A stretch of DNA of 64,000 nt from Candidatus Bathyarchaeota archaeon (GCA_963811105.1 CAWEPZ010000002.1:448001-512000), one strand, 5' to 3'. Counted from the first letter of the stretch, positions 50,005 to 60,948 are shown. A program made the numbers and translations. The notes: generated from the letters alone by a model not told the origin.

Positions 50005-51741
50005 CTATGTGAATTCACTTTTTGAGAGTTTGATTGGCAGGTAAATTGTGAATGTTGTTCCTTTCCCAACTGCGCTTTCAAAGCCGATTTTTCCACCATG
50101 TGCTTCAACAATTCTTTTGCAAATTGCTAGGCTCATACCCATTCCTTTCGCCTTTGTAGTTACAAGAGGCGCGAAGAGTTTGGGTAAAATACTTTCGGAT
50201 ATGCCTATTCCGGAGTCGGTGAAAGATATTTCGATAATCTGTCCCTTCAGCATGCTTTGTATTTTTATGATTCCGTTTTCTGGTGAGGCCTCCATAGCGT
50301 TTTTTATTATGTTTGTGAAAACTTTTACCATGCTTTGCACATCAAGAAACATCTTGACGTCATCAGTCGTGTTGTTTATTATGCTTAAGTGGTCAGGGAC
50401 CTGAATGTTAGACAGCGCATACATTGCAAGCGACTTAGGAGTGCACTGCTCTGGTCGCAGATTTAGCTCGCTTGAATAGTCTACTAGACTAGTAATAATT
50501 CTGTTTGAATCTTCAATTGCGTCTTCAATCCATCCAAAAACCTCTTCCTTCTTTGCTTCTGCGAGCGGATTGTCTTTCTTTCTAATGAGGTATATTCCGT
50601 TTTTAATACCAGCTAAAGGGTTCCGCAGGTCATGTCCAATTTGCCCTGCCAGTTCGCCTATGGAAGCAAGCTTTTCTGTTTTAACAAGTTTTTCCTCCAT
50701 CTTTTTCATGTCAGTAATATCATGTATTATGCACACAATTCCGATGTCGCGTCCCATTTTACTTTTGACAATTGAACCTGAAAAAAATACATTTAGTTTT
50801 GTGCCGGATTTACTTTTGAAGGTCAGTTCGCGGTTTCTAATTATCTTCTTGACTGCTAATTCTTCTAGAAGGTTTGCGCAATTCTTTTCTTCATTTTCTA
50901 TACATAATTTTGTTATTGATTTACCGATCAGTTCCTCTTTTTCATATCCAACGAAATTAGCTAACCGCTCATTTACTCTGAGGATTTTTGCTTTCACATC
51001 TGCAAGTATGAGTGAGTCAGGCATTGTAGTGAGTATGTTTTCTGCGACTAATGCGGCATCAAAAGTGAATAGGTCATATCTCACAACAGCATACCCAACA
51101 AAACCGCTAAAAAATAGTGTCGCTATGAATCCAAGATTTGGAATGCTCATGTCAAACATACGAGCAACCATGTTGGTACTTATGAATGCGGCTATTGGAA
51201 TGGCAAAGCCTATAGTCACATATTTTCTTCGCTGCTTCTGCATATTATCTTCTGCCTTATGATAGTATCTGAAACACAAAGCAAATGCCAGCATTGGCAG
51301 AGCAATAGTCCAAATGATGGAACCATAGTAAACCAATGTTCCCGAGGCAACGTCATTGTACCCCCAATATTCTATTACTGGAGGACCGTTTATTAGGCTG
51401 GTGGATAAATCGACAAGCCAAAATACCACTGCAGGCAAAAAAATGATTAGGTAATTTAGTTTATTTTTTATCCAATTGCTTTCTGTGAAAACCAGTGCAA
51501 AAGTAACTACTAAAGCCACGAAAAAAGGCCAGGTGGTGCCCATCTTGTTCCAGAAATTGGCACTTGCAAAGTTGGTCGATGTCCACATCATTACTGTGGT
51601 AAATGAATAGAAAAAAGCGGCTAAAGCCGTCAAAAGGAAAATTTTGTTAAGAATTGATTTTCTGTTAAATGAATATACTATTATGCCTAGAAAAAGACAA
51701 CTAATGCTAGCGATTAACGAGAGCAGGGCAAATACATTCAT
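50005..51741 (-). CDS. Sensor histidine kinase (7TM N-terminus, PAS, HisKA, HATPase_c)
   Basis: Multiple TM helices; PAS ILRVN..GYEKEELIGK; H-box GHDLRNPL; NIIKNAMEA, DSGIGI, KGMGMSL, GKGTTF. Confidence 0.95.
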   Translation of the reverse strand: MNVFALLSLIASISCLFLGIIVYSFNRKSILNKIFLLTALAAFFYSFTTVMMWTSTNFASANFWNKMGTTWPFFVALVVTFALVFTESNWIKNKLNYLIIFLPAVVFWLVDLSTSLINGPPVIEYWGYNDVASGTLVYYGSIIWTIALPMLAFALCFRYYHKAEDNMQKQRRKYVTIGFAIPIAAFISTNMVARMFDMSIPNLGFIATLFFSGFVGYAVVRYDLFTFDAALVAENILTTMPDSLILADVKAKILRVNERLANFVGYEKEELIGKSITKLCIENEEKNCANLLEELAVKKIIRNRELTFKSKSGTKLNVFFSGSIVKSKMGRDIGIVCIIHDITDMKKMEEKLVKTEKLASIGELAGQIGHDLRNPLAGIKNGIYLIRKKDNPLAEAKKEEVFGWIEDAIEDSNRIITSLVDYSSELNLRPEQCTPKSLAMYALSNIQVPDHLSIINNTTDDVKMFLDVQSMVKVFTNIIKNAMEASPENGIIKIQSMLKGQIIEISFTDSGIGISESILPKLFAPLVTTKAKGMGMSLAICKRIVEAHGGKIGFESAVGKGTTFTIYLPIKLSKSEFT

Positions 51742-52394
51742 AGATTTCTATCCATTTTTAACCAAATTTTTCTATCAATGACGCAATATTCGTTCCGTCT
51801 TGGTTTTGATTCATTTTCACAGGATACAAATAATTTCCAAAATTGCATTTAAAACATGTGAATTGTGAATTAACATCGGACAGTTTAAAGCAGTCTTGGA
51901 AAGAGCTTGTTTTTCTAAAGTCATTTGTCTATATAAAAACAAAATTCTCTTGCGTTACGGCGCAAGCAAGGTTAAACAAACATGTTTCTAGCTTATTTGC
52001 CCAAAATAAGGTCAAAATAAGGTTAAGAGTTTTGCGGGATAGCTTAAAGCCGTCATTTAGACCGTCGGTCGCACCATAATTAATGGAAATGAGGATGTGG
52101 CTGGTCGCACTTAACCGCTGAATGGGTATGAGCCTCTTTTTGAAAAAAGTATTCCAATCAGAAAGACTCAACTACAAAGCTGGGGATGAGAGTTTGATTT
52201 GAGGTCCGATTCCCTCTCGCTTTTACGGTTTAAAAAAGTCTGAAAACCTGTAAAACTCTGGCAAGATAGACGATTAAGTTTAGTATCAAAACTGCAGACA
52301 ATTCTGTGATGAGAAACATAATATTGTGTAGTTGTGACCGCACAATCACAATACTATATGTAGTATTATTCATTCACTTGTGTAGGTGTAAGTT

Positions 52395-52568
52395 TTGTCA
52401 AAAGTCCAGCCTCATCTAGGTCATGAAAAACACCTCTGCAAAATGGTGGAGGATAAAGTTCCAATAGAAAAGATAAAGCCACTTGTGAAAGACGCGAAAT
52501 ACATCTGCAAAAGCTGTATGCGTACAGCTGCCAAAGCAGAAAACCTCTGCGCCCCCGAATCCCTTTAA
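52395..52568 (+). CDS. 57-aa Cys/His-rich small protein (below ORF-track cutoff)
   Basis: MSKVQPHLGHEKHLCKMVEDKVPIEKIKPLVKDAKYICKSCMRTAAKAENLCAPESL; TTG start after AGGTG RBS. Confidence 0.75.
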   Translation: MSKVQPHLGHEKHLCKMVEDKVPIEKIKPLVKDAKYICKSCMRTAAKAENLCAPESL

Positions 52569-52831
52569 ACATCTTTTCTTTTTTTGAGAACAAGTAAGAA
52601 TAGCTTAGGGGTAAAGCCGAATACTTTAGTTGGCTGCTTGTCCCGATGTTATGTATTGAAGAATGTTGGTGGGCTGCTTTGTCTGATCTTCCAAGGTTCT
52701 TAGATGCTTCTCTATTCAGAATCAGGCACAACAGATATTAAAGAGCGTATGAAGCGACGTTTCTTGCGCCTATGACCTTTTTTTGGCCAAACTGCCAGCT
52801 GCTGCCCATGTGTTTTTAGTTTTGGTGGCTT

Positions 52832-54064
52832 TCATGTGGTTTGGGTTTTGTTTTCTGGGGTGACTTGGTTTTTGGGGATTTTTGAAAAATTGAAGATTAA
52901 ACAAGACGATATCAGGAGGGCGCTTAGCGAATAGAACATTGCATTGTAGTGGAGAATGCTTGAGAGGATTATTCCGCTGATTACGGGTCCTACGGTCTGG
53001 CCGATGTCCATTGTGGTGGCGAGAAATCCTAGTGAGGAGCCGATTTGGGTTGAGGGTACTTGTTCGCAGATTAGAGGTGATGTTGATGATATTACCATTG
53101 CAAATCCTAGTCCGTAGACGATTGAAAGTAGAAGAAGTATTGAAGATTGAGTGGTAAAGGGAAACAAAAGCAAGGTTATGGCGCTAATTATGGAGCCTGT
53201 TATGATTGGTGTTCGTCGTCCAGTTTTGTCTGATATTCTTCCCAGAAATGGCCTTGCAATTATAAGTATAATGATTTGACTGCCCGTGATTATGCTTATT
53301 TGGAGCAAGTTTAGTTTGGCTACATCCAGTAGGTAACCGACCAAGAAAAACTCCACGGCGCCGTAGACGTAATATTGGCTTGCTTGTACCACACCAGTAA
53401 CTATAGCGCCTTTGTTCTTTGCGATTTCGTGCCACCCATGGAAAATGTTGCTTGCTGTTTGTTGGTTCTCGGCTTGTTTTGCTTTTGGGTTTTTTTCTTC
53501 GGTTATGAATAATAATGTAACAATGAAAGCGATGACGCCTGCGATTCCAACTGCCAGATATAGCGTATGGAAGCCATCGTTTGTCAAGAAAAGGATTGCC
53601 CCGCCCAAAAATGGGGCGCTTGCTCGTCCAATAGCGGTAGCTGATTCTAGAATGGAGATGCGTTCTCCCCTTTTTGTTGGATACCGTTCAGCTATGATTG
53701 CTTCAGTAACTGGTATGAAAATTGCTGTCGCAAAACCATGATAGAAACGCACTAGGATCAGCTGCCACCACACAGTTACGAGCAGATAGAGGAAGGGTGC
53801 TGAAGCAAAGACGAAGGCAGCGAAGAGTAGGACTTTTCTTCTGCCAAAAATATCTGAAAGAGAAGCTGCTGGCAAACTTATGAGCATTCCGGGGATGGTT
53901 GAGGCGGAAGCAACGAAGCCCAGCAAGTCAGTGGGAGTTCCCAGACTCTTTGCAAACGGGTTCAAAACGGGATTCTTCGACATTGTTGAGCTTAGAATTG
54001 CGAAAAAGCCCATGATGCACAGTATTAGAAAGAAGCTGATTAGAGTCTGTTTCTTAAGAGACAT
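52832..54064 (-). CDS. MFS transporter
   Basis: ~12 TM helices; motif A SLSDIFGRRKVL and GRISDKTGRR; RFYHG. Confidence 0.95.
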   Translation of the reverse strand: MSLKKQTLISFFLILCIMGFFAILSSTMSKNPVLNPFAKSLGTPTDLLGFVASASTIPGMLISLPAASLSDIFGRRKVLLFAAFVFASAPFLYLLVTVWWQLILVRFYHGFATAIFIPVTEAIIAERYPTKRGERISILESATAIGRASAPFLGGAILFLTNDGFHTLYLAVGIAGVIAFIVTLLFITEEKNPKAKQAENQQTASNIFHGWHEIAKNKGAIVTGVVQASQYYVYGAVEFFLVGYLLDVAKLNLLQISIITGSQIIILIIARPFLGRISDKTGRRTPIITGSIISAITLLLFPFTTQSSILLLLSIVYGLGFAMVISSTSPLICEQVPSTQIGSSLGFLATTMDIGQTVGPVISGIILSSILHYNAMFYSLSALLISSCLIFNFSKIPKNQVTPENKTQTT

Positions 54065-54235
54065 GCCAGTTCAAATCGGATTATACTGTGATTTCAAATA
54101 TGTAACTTTCGCAGGTGCTAAGGCAAAAGAAAAAGTGGACAATTGAGTTGCCCACTTAATCGTCCGTCAGAAACTAAATCGATTCTCGAAAACACGCTTC
54201 AGCTTATTTTGTCTAAAACGTTGAGTTGTTGATTT

Positions 54236-54406
54236 TTATTCTTTGGCTTTTTCTTTTAGCTTTCTTACTTCTTCTTGGACTTTGCCTTTCACTTGTTCCA
54301 CTTTGCCCTTAATCTGCTCGTTCTTATCAGCAGTAATTTTGCCTAAGTCTTCACGAATCTTGCCTTTCGTTTTCTGGACCTTGCCCTTTGCTTCTTCGTC
54401 ACTCAC
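54236..54406 (-). CDS. csbD: CsbD-like stress protein (56 aa, below cutoff)
   Basis: MSDEEAKGKVQKTKGKIREDLGKITADKNEQIKGKVEQVKGKVQEEV. Confidence 0.85.
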   Translation of the reverse strand: MSDEEAKGKVQKTKGKIREDLGKITADKNEQIKGKVEQVKGKVQEEVRKLKEKAKE

Positions 54407-54554
54407 TTAAAAATCCTAAAAAAAACGCTCAAAAAATGGCTAATAAACAAGATTGGTACCAAAGTTGAAGGCAGTCTTGATGTGTCACGTAGTTGCTGGA
54501 AAGCTTACGGTTGGTGAAATCGGGTCAAATGAATACCCCCAATCATGGAATCGA

Positions 54555-54962
54555 TTATTTAGGAGCATTAGATGCGTCAGGAGCATTAGAGGTGCTTGCA
54601 TATCCGGTTGAAAAAGGTGCTTGGAATTTGCCAATGTTCTCTCTGACGATTCCATAAGCTTTTTCTGCTTCCGAGTTAGGTAAATCGCCCAATGCTAGTG
54701 GCTCTCCGCCGAGCCTGAGCGTACATCTGATTGTTGACCTAAGTACTCCTTTTTCCAAAACAACGTTAGATATATCCCGGTAATTATAATCGGTATAGTC
54801 CTTCTTCAAGCCAAGCGCGTGAGGATGCCGCATAATCATGCGTTCGTTAGTAAAGACTACAGAGTCAATATTAATTTGTGGATGGTAGATTTTCTGCTTA
54901 ATATATAACTCAACCTTCTCGTTTGGACCAAGAATTTTCGCTATATCATCAGGAGCATCCAT
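54555..54962 (-). CDS. Bacterial-type PH domain protein
   Basis: ILGPNEKVEL..DSVVFTNERMI..DYNYRDISNVVLEKGVLRSTI. Confidence 0.8.
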   Translation of the reverse strand: MDAPDDIAKILGPNEKVELYIKQKIYHPQINIDSVVFTNERMIMRHPHALGLKKDYTDYNYRDISNVVLEKGVLRSTIRCTLRLGGEPLALGDLPNSEAEKAYGIVRENIGKFQAPFSTGYASTSNAPDASNAPK

Positions 54963-55204
54963 AACAATCAACCAACATAGAGTATTTATCAACTGTACAA
55001 TTATGACCAGCCGAGTGATAAATAGCTATGTGACTGCGAGGCTACAAAGACAAGAAGCGGTTAAACAGCAATTCGCCCTTCGGTTGCAGTGAATTGCATT
55101 CACTTTTATGATGAATGTTCTAAATAGAATGATGTTCCTTTCACTGTGACCTCTCAGTCAAAGTCATATAGAATAAATGTAAATTTTAGCGTGAGGTAAA
55201 AAAA

Positions 55205-55447
55205 ATGAGAGCTGGAGCGTTGGGCTTTGGAGTTTTTCTGTTGGTTATTGGTATTGTGGTTTTCTGGATTGGTTATTCGGATTTGCAGCAGTACGGAGGT
55301 TTGCTGGGTCAAATATCGCAGTCTCTTTCCGCGGAGGTTCGAAATAAGGTTGCTCAAGATCAGTTTATGGCGGTTGGCGGGGGAGTCGCGGCGATTATCG
55401 GCTTGGCCATAACAATTTACGGTTTAGCTGCTAATCGAAAAAACTAA
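55205..55447 (+). CDS. Small 2-TM membrane protein
   Basis: Two hydrophobic helices; GAGGT RBS upstream. Confidence 0.7.
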   Translation: MRAGALGFGVFLLVIGIVVFWIGYSDLQQYGGLLGQISQSLSAEVRNKVAQDQFMAVGGGVAAIIGLAITIYGLAANRKN

Positions 55448-55610
55448 AAACCAAATGAGCGTTAATCGAAAAGCACTTTCCGCCTCCACATTCACATCCG
55501 TAAATCATTTACCTGAAAAAAGATGGCGCGCGCCAAAAGCAATTTTGAAAATGTACTATAGTTCACAATCACAAAAAGTTAATGGGCGCACATTGGGAGA
55601 GCGCTTTGTT

Positions 55611-55928
55611 CTAGATAGCTTCTTGTTTAATAACGGTGATTGTGCATCTTGTCGCTAAAGCTGCGATTGCCCCCAAGGCTGCAAGCCAAGGAGCCAATAG
55701 TGTTCCTACAATACCTGCCCAAGCAGGTATCTCTAAGAGGATCTTACCTGCCTCGTCCTTCACGATGATTCTTGATATGTCCCCTTCATGAATCAGTTCC
55801 TTGATTTTCGCCACAAGATCCTCTGAGCGGACTGTAAACTCTTCTTTTACGCCTACGGGAGCCCCACAGTTTGAACAGAATTTAGCCCCTTCAGACAGGT
55901 CAGCTCCACAACTTGCACACTTAACCAT
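55611..55928 (-). CDS. Zinc-ribbon + DUF4342 protein
   Basis: CASCG..AKFCSNCG; KIKELIHEGDISRIIVK..LLEIP..LAALGAIAAL..CTITV. Confidence 0.88.
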   Translation of the reverse strand: MVKCASCGADLSEGAKFCSNCGAPVGVKEEFTVRSEDLVAKIKELIHEGDISRIIVKDEAGKILLEIPAWAGIVGTLLAPWLAALGAIAALATRCTITVIKQEAI

Positions 55929-56399
55929 TTTGCTCTTCTCCTAAAAATATCTAATTAGCTATTTAATTTTAAGCTTTCTGCGATTGTTATTTTAAATATG
56001 GCCAAACCGTGTCTTAGCTTAAGTTTCTTCTCACCTAATCGGGCTCTGTATTGCACTGGAATCTAAATGGTTTGGTATCCTTCGCCGCTCGAATGGTTAA
56101 TATCTGCCAAAAGCGCATCCGACTTAACCAACAAATCATTTGAGGCAAACAAGCCTAAAGAGACGTCACCATAACTATCAATGCGAATCAGCCCATAACT
56201 GGCATAAACACTTTCACCAACGCCATCTACGTGATTGCTACTCGATCAGCGTAGGAAGTTTTTCCCCTTTTCCTTTTCTCTCTTTTTCTCTTTCTCAACG
56301 TTCGATAATGGAAAAAGTCAAAATGCCAAAACCTAGTGACCGATTAAATTATGAAACAATTGGAGTAATAGTGAAGGTGCACTATGTTACCTATGAGCA

Positions 56400-56786
56400 T
56401 TACTTCTTTATCACAAGTACATTACAATAAGCATTGCTAACCACTTGTTTTGAAACGCTCCCCAAAAGAATGGATGTCTTACGTCCTAAGCCTCTGCAGC
56501 CTACCACAATGAGTTCAAAGTTTTCCTGCTTTGCCATGTTTACCAACATTTCAGCAGGATTGGAGCTGAATGCCAATAAACTGTCATGTGCTACATTTTC
56601 TAGTTTCAAATTCTGCTCAGCCTCCATGATGGCAGCTTCAGCCTCTTTTTTATTACCCTTATCGTAGACATTAACTACTTTAACAAAACCTGAAAATTTC
56701 TTGGCAATTGATATTGCTTCTTTGAGAGCTTTTTTTGACTGCAAGGACCCGTCGTAACCAACTAGAATTCTGATTCTGTCATTCAT
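56400..56786 (-). CDS. Universal stress protein (UspA family)
   Basis: ILVGYDGS..KALKEA; LIVVGCRG..LLGSVSKQVV..CNVLVIK. Confidence 0.93.
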   Translation of the reverse strand: MNDRIRILVGYDGSLQSKKALKEAISIAKKFSGFVKVVNVYDKGNKKEAEAAIMEAEQNLKLENVAHDSLLAFSSNPAEMLVNMAKQENFELIVVGCRGLGRKTSILLGSVSKQVVSNAYCNVLVIKK

Positions 56787-57135
56787 AACTATTCATCTTA
56801 AATTAATATGTAGTAAACAGATAATACGTTTTCGATGGTTTGCACAATCTTCGAAGTCGTAAGCTTTGACAAAATTTTTTTCAGCGGGTTTTTTCGGTAG
56901 ATTTACCTAACACTTATCAAGTAAAAAGTCTCTTTTAGATAAAGAGGTTTGCCACTTAAGGAAGGGAAACAGCGACTAACTTTTGCCACTTGCTGCGGAA
57001 GAATGATTGGTGGCGAGTAAAGTTGTAGGTTTGTTTCTGGTAATAGTTAAAAAGAAACTCAAAACGACCAACAAAACAATGATCAAACTAAACAAATCAT
57101 AATAGCACGCTGTCTTGTCCCTAAAATCAATTAAT

Positions 57136-57612
57136 TTATGTCGAGGTAAGACTGAAACTCCAAAGAGAGAGTTTGTTCTCAGCTCCTATCGGATTCTTTA
57201 ATGCCTTTGTTACTGCAAGAGTGCTCACGATATTGCCGTTTGGAAATAGTGCCTTCGTGTTTGCAGCCGCTTTCTCTTCATTACTTCCGTTAAACGTCCA
57301 GAAAAGCCCTACTTTCTTTCTCGAAAGGTCATTTTTCCTCAAGTACGTTCTGAGAGCTGGAGTAGGCATGCCGTTCCATATTGGAGTCCCAAGAACGATC
57401 AAATCATAATTGTTCGGCAGAAACCTCGTTTCCTCAATTTGGGTTTCTTTGCCCTGAGTGGCATCCCGTCCCGCGGTCAGCCAGCCAATCCATCCGCGCC
57501 GATTTTTCTTGTCAATAACCTCTTCAATATCCGCGCCGATTTTTTCGGATACCTTTTGCGCTACGAATTTAGTGTTGCCGCTCCTTGAGTAATAAACAAC
57601 CAATGATTTCAT
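57136..57612 (-). CDS. Flavodoxin family protein
   Basis: MKSLVVYYSRSGNT FMN-binding loop; YDLIVLGTPIW; start set at ATG 57612. Confidence 0.92.
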   Translation of the reverse strand: MKSLVVYYSRSGNTKFVAQKVSEKIGADIEEVIDKKNRRGWIGWLTAGRDATQGKETQIEETRFLPNNYDLIVLGTPIWNGMPTPALRTYLRKNDLSRKKVGLFWTFNGSNEEKAAANTKALFPNGNIVSTLAVTKALKNPIGAENKLSLWSFSLTST

Positions 57613-57716
57613 AGCTTTAGCCTTTGATAACGGTAGTGATTTTCTGTGGATAAGCTTTTCTAATAATCTTAATCGAGCGACATGCCCTCGCTGCAATTTA
57701 AGGACAAACCAACGCG

Positions 57717-57872
57717 CTACTTTTCGTGTTCGCGCTTCTGATGTTTTCTCAAATCACCTTCAGAGCGAAACCAACAAGTGCAATTCTGATGAGTACATAT
57801 GAAAACCTTTTTTGTTCCGATTTTTGTTTCCTCATGTAGCGTGCGGATACTGTGAACCTTTTCTTTGCTCAT
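57717..57872 (-). CDS. 51-aa classical C2H2 zinc-finger microprotein (below cutoff)
   Basis: MSKEKVHSIRTLHEETKIGTKKVFICTHQNCTCWFRSEGDLRKHQKREHEK: F-x-C-x4-C-x3-F-x5-L-x2-H-x4-H. Confidence 0.75.
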   Translation of the reverse strand: MSKEKVHSIRTLHEETKIGTKKVFICTHQNCTCWFRSEGDLRKHQKREHEK

Positions 57873-58047
57873 GTAATATCAGATCTATTGAGCAAAACAT
57901 CTGGTTCAAGTCTTATAGACGATATTCCAGAAACGGAAATATATCAGAGGTTTTGCGCGCTGGCTTGTCGAGACCGTGTGAAAACTATGTTGTGTTTTCG
58001 AGGAATGAAAAAGTTTTACACGTATAATTAAATGATATTAGCCATAT

Positions 58048-58258
58048 ATGTCTAAGAAAATAGTTTTTGAGCCAGCAACAGAAATCAAAGTCACAGGAAT
58101 AATCGGCTCTTAAAAAGGAAAGTAACTCCTACGGAACAGGTGCAAAAGTCACTTGCCCGAAAGAATACCTCGGAAAAACAGTTTACCTCGTCATAGTAGG
58201 TGAGCCTGCCGAAGGGAGTTCGCAGTCTACGCGAAATGACATGGCTACTGTAGATTAA
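58048..58258 (+). pseudogene. DUF2080-family (AbrB-like) small protein, frameshifted
   Basis: Across frames MSKKIVFEPATEIKVTGIIG / KRKVTP / GTGAKVTCPKEYLGKTVYLVI. Confidence 0.7.
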
Positions 58259-58294
58259 CAGCACTTTGAAAAATTTTTGAACGAAATTTTCCAC

Positions 58295-59632
58295 TTAGCT
58301 CGGGCATTCGAGGCTTTTAGATTCTTCTTGAATTTTTTCAACTATTACGACCAAACCATCCAGCGCTTTAATTGTGACTTGTTCGCCTTTAGGGATATCT
58401 CCTAATTCTGATTTTGCATGCCAGATTTCTCCAGCAACTCGGACTTCACCTTTTGGGTTAAGGTCGGTAATGGCTATTCCTCTTTTGCCAATCATGGATT
58501 CTACACCTGTTAGTTTGGACCGCTTTCTTAATGGTCCAATTACCCAGCGGAGGTACAACCCAATAATTGTTCCAAACACTACCAGCAAACCAAGTTCAAC
58601 TTCCGCCAACCCATTGATTGGCGAAGGGGAATATTGCATGCCCAGTGAGAGGTAGTAGATGCCGAACGCACCTAGGATTACTCCCGCTATTAGTGCGAAC
58701 CCGTGTCCCAGCTTTAACTCGACAATAATTAGGGCTGCCGCAACAACAAGTATTACTAATCCAAGAGTTGAAGCGCCAATTATCTCCGCTCCCACTAGTC
58801 CGGCAACTATAGCAATAACGCCCAGTATGGTTAGTAATATGGTTGGATGGTAAACATCGAGAACAATCGCAATAATCCCTACAAGAAAGAGTATTCCGTC
58901 TAAAATAGAATTGCTTAAAGCGCTTATTATTTGCTCATAGAGGTCTTCGCTAAGCTTCACCTGAGGGTTGCCAGACAAACCCAACTTGTTAAGAGCATCA
59001 GACAAGGAGGTTGCCGTTCCATCCGCAACATGAACTGATACGGCTTCTTTGGCTGTAAACGCTTGATTAGATTGAACCATGCCATAAACTGCAGTGGTGT
59101 TGCGACCCCAATTTTCTGCAAGGCTTGTGAGTAAACTTAGCATGGCTGCTTGGGTGTGATTTTGCTCTAGGTCTGTGCCGCCAACTATGTAGGGTGTGCT
59201 TGAGCCGATTATTGAGCCAGACGCCATCAAGATTTTGTTTGTTGCCATAGCTATGTAGCAGCCCGCGGAAGAGCCTAATCCGTTGGGTTCAATAAAAGTG
59301 TACGTTGGGATGCCTGATTGATTTGCCGACGTAATAGAAGATAAAATGTTGAGCATATTGCCTAAGCTTCCGCCAGGCGTATTCATTTCAATGACGATAG
59401 CTTCTGCATTTTGGCTCTGGGCTGTAGCGACCACGCGAGAAATGAAAGCCTCTGAACCTGGGTCCACTGGGAGATTAAAATCCGCTACAACAACCGCTTT
59501 TACAGTTGTCGCTGACTGGGAAGGAGCCTGGGCAAAAACAAGTAAGCTGCTTGTCGCAAACAAAAAGAGCCCTGCAAAAAGTAAGCTAAACACTATAGAG
59601 ACGTGGAAAAGTTTTCGTGTTAACGTTGACAT
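58295..59632 (-). CDS. nfeD: NfeD family membrane-bound ClpP-like protease
   Basis: EMNTPGG, SSAGCYIAMA, TM bundle with IVELKLGHG, C-terminal OB fold GVESMIGKRG..L.PKGEVRVAGEIWHA. Confidence 0.92.
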   Translation of the reverse strand: MSTLTRKLFHVSIVFSLLFAGLFLFATSSLLVFAQAPSQSATTVKAVVVADFNLPVDPGSEAFISRVVATAQSQNAEAIVIEMNTPGGSLGNMLNILSSITSANQSGIPTYTFIEPNGLGSSAGCYIAMATNKILMASGSIIGSSTPYIVGGTDLEQNHTQAAMLSLLTSLAENWGRNTTAVYGMVQSNQAFTAKEAVSVHVADGTATSLSDALNKLGLSGNPQVKLSEDLYEQIISALSNSILDGILFLVGIIAIVLDVYHPTILLTILGVIAIVAGLVGAEIIGASTLGLVILVVAAALIIVELKLGHGFALIAGVILGAFGIYYLSLGMQYSPSPINGLAEVELGLLVVFGTIIGLYLRWVIGPLRKRSKLTGVESMIGKRGIAITDLNPKGEVRVAGEIWHAKSELGDIPKGEQVTIKALDGLVVIVEKIQEESKSLECPS

Positions 59633-59796
59633 TTTCTTTGTCTTTGGCTATTTAGCAGGATGCCTATAAGGTTTGGCTTAACTCACAGATCATTCTCAAA
59701 TTGCTTCGTCGAAAAAGTGGTGTTTTTTTAGAATTTACGTTTTTTGGGTAGTATAGATATTAGGTTGGCTTGCTCTTTACTATAGGTGGGTTTGCT

Positions 59797-60213
59797 ATGA
59801 AGTTTAAGTTACAGATATTTACTCAAGATGACATTGAGGGTAACTGTTTAGGTAGGCGCTACCGCTTTGCCGTGGTTGACTCAGATAAGTCTAAAGGGTA
59901 TCCGTCAAATTTTGTCTGCATGTTGCCTTCACAGATAAGTGTTGACCAGAAAAAGAATAGTGTTTTTTCGAAGCTTTTTGAAGACAAATGTGAAGAGCAA
60001 GCTAAAACACTCTTAACGCATGCATTAGTGACTGAACATGATTCTGAAGTTAAAACGGAGATTGAACGGAGATTAAGGTTGCTTGATCCCAAAACGCCTG
60101 GTCAAATAAAATGCAGTTCATGTGGAAAGGTATTCCAGCCTCGACGTATAAGAAAGTTTAAGCGAAATTTCTGCCAAGAATGCATGAATAAAAGGTACGG
60201 CAACCGCGGATAA
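59797..60213 (+). CDS. Hypothetical protein with C-terminal Zn ribbon
   Basis: Clean ORF with GGTGG RBS; CSSCGK..FCQEC. Confidence 0.7.
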   Translation: MKFKLQIFTQDDIEGNCLGRRYRFAVVDSDKSKGYPSNFVCMLPSQISVDQKKNSVFSKLFEDKCEEQAKTLLTHALVTEHDSEVKTEIERRLRLLDPKTPGQIKCSSCGKVFQPRRIRKFKRNFCQECMNKRYGNRG

Positions 60214-60465
60214 AGAAGAAATATAAAACATTTCGAATAGAAATTCCGTTTCTTTATGCGAATAGTTGAGCTTATTCGCTTTTTGGGGAAAATTTTTTCT
60301 CTGTGTTTGGGTTGCTTTTTTGAATCTAAGCTTAATCGCTTGCGACAGTGTCTTAGAAATGGCCCTGATCGTCTCGAATTGTCCCCATTCGCCCCCAAGA
60401 ATGGGTTGAAGGTCTTAAAATGAGCTTTAGTACGATTTGAACTCCTTCAGCCGAGGGATATTCAG

Positions 60466-60948
60466 CTAAAAATCTTCTCTGACCAAACGGTACGAGAGCC
60501 ATTCGAGAGGTTTGGCTTTGTTTTTTTCGTAGAATTCTTGTGCGGACTTGTTCCATTTCAAAACAGTAAATTCTATTCTGCCACATCCTTCGAGTGTAGC
60601 TATTTCTTTTAAGTGATCAAACATTCTTTGGCCGATCCCTTTCCTTCTGTATTTTTCAAGAACAAAAATATCTTCAAGGTAAAGTGTTGGTAAGGCAAGA
60701 AAACTCGAATAAGTGAAGAAATAAATTATGTATGATACGCATTTGTTTCCAATTTTTCCAATGAATGCTTCATATTTGGGCTTGTCAGATAGGCAGTCAT
60801 TTCGTAGTCTTCTTCTGGCTTCTTCGTTTGGTGGAGCCAGTTTCTCGTATTCTGCAAGCTTTTCAATTAAGCCTAAGAAATCGTCAAATATTTCTTCATC
60901 AACTTGATGAATAACTAATGAGTTTTCTTCTTTATTCATGAAAGTCAT
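60466..60948 (-). CDS. GNAT N-acetyltransferase (spermidine/diamine acetyltransferase-like)
   Basis: LAEYEKL, YSSF..PTLYLEDIFV..YRRKGIG, VLKWNKSAQEFYEK. Confidence 0.92.
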   Translation of the reverse strand: MTFMNKEENSLVIHQVDEEIFDDFLGLIEKLAEYEKLAPPNEEARRRLRNDCLSDKPKYEAFIGKIGNKCVSYIIYFFTYSSFLALPTLYLEDIFVLEKYRRKGIGQRMFDHLKEIATLEGCGRIEFTVLKWNKSAQEFYEKNKAKPLEWLSYRLVREDF

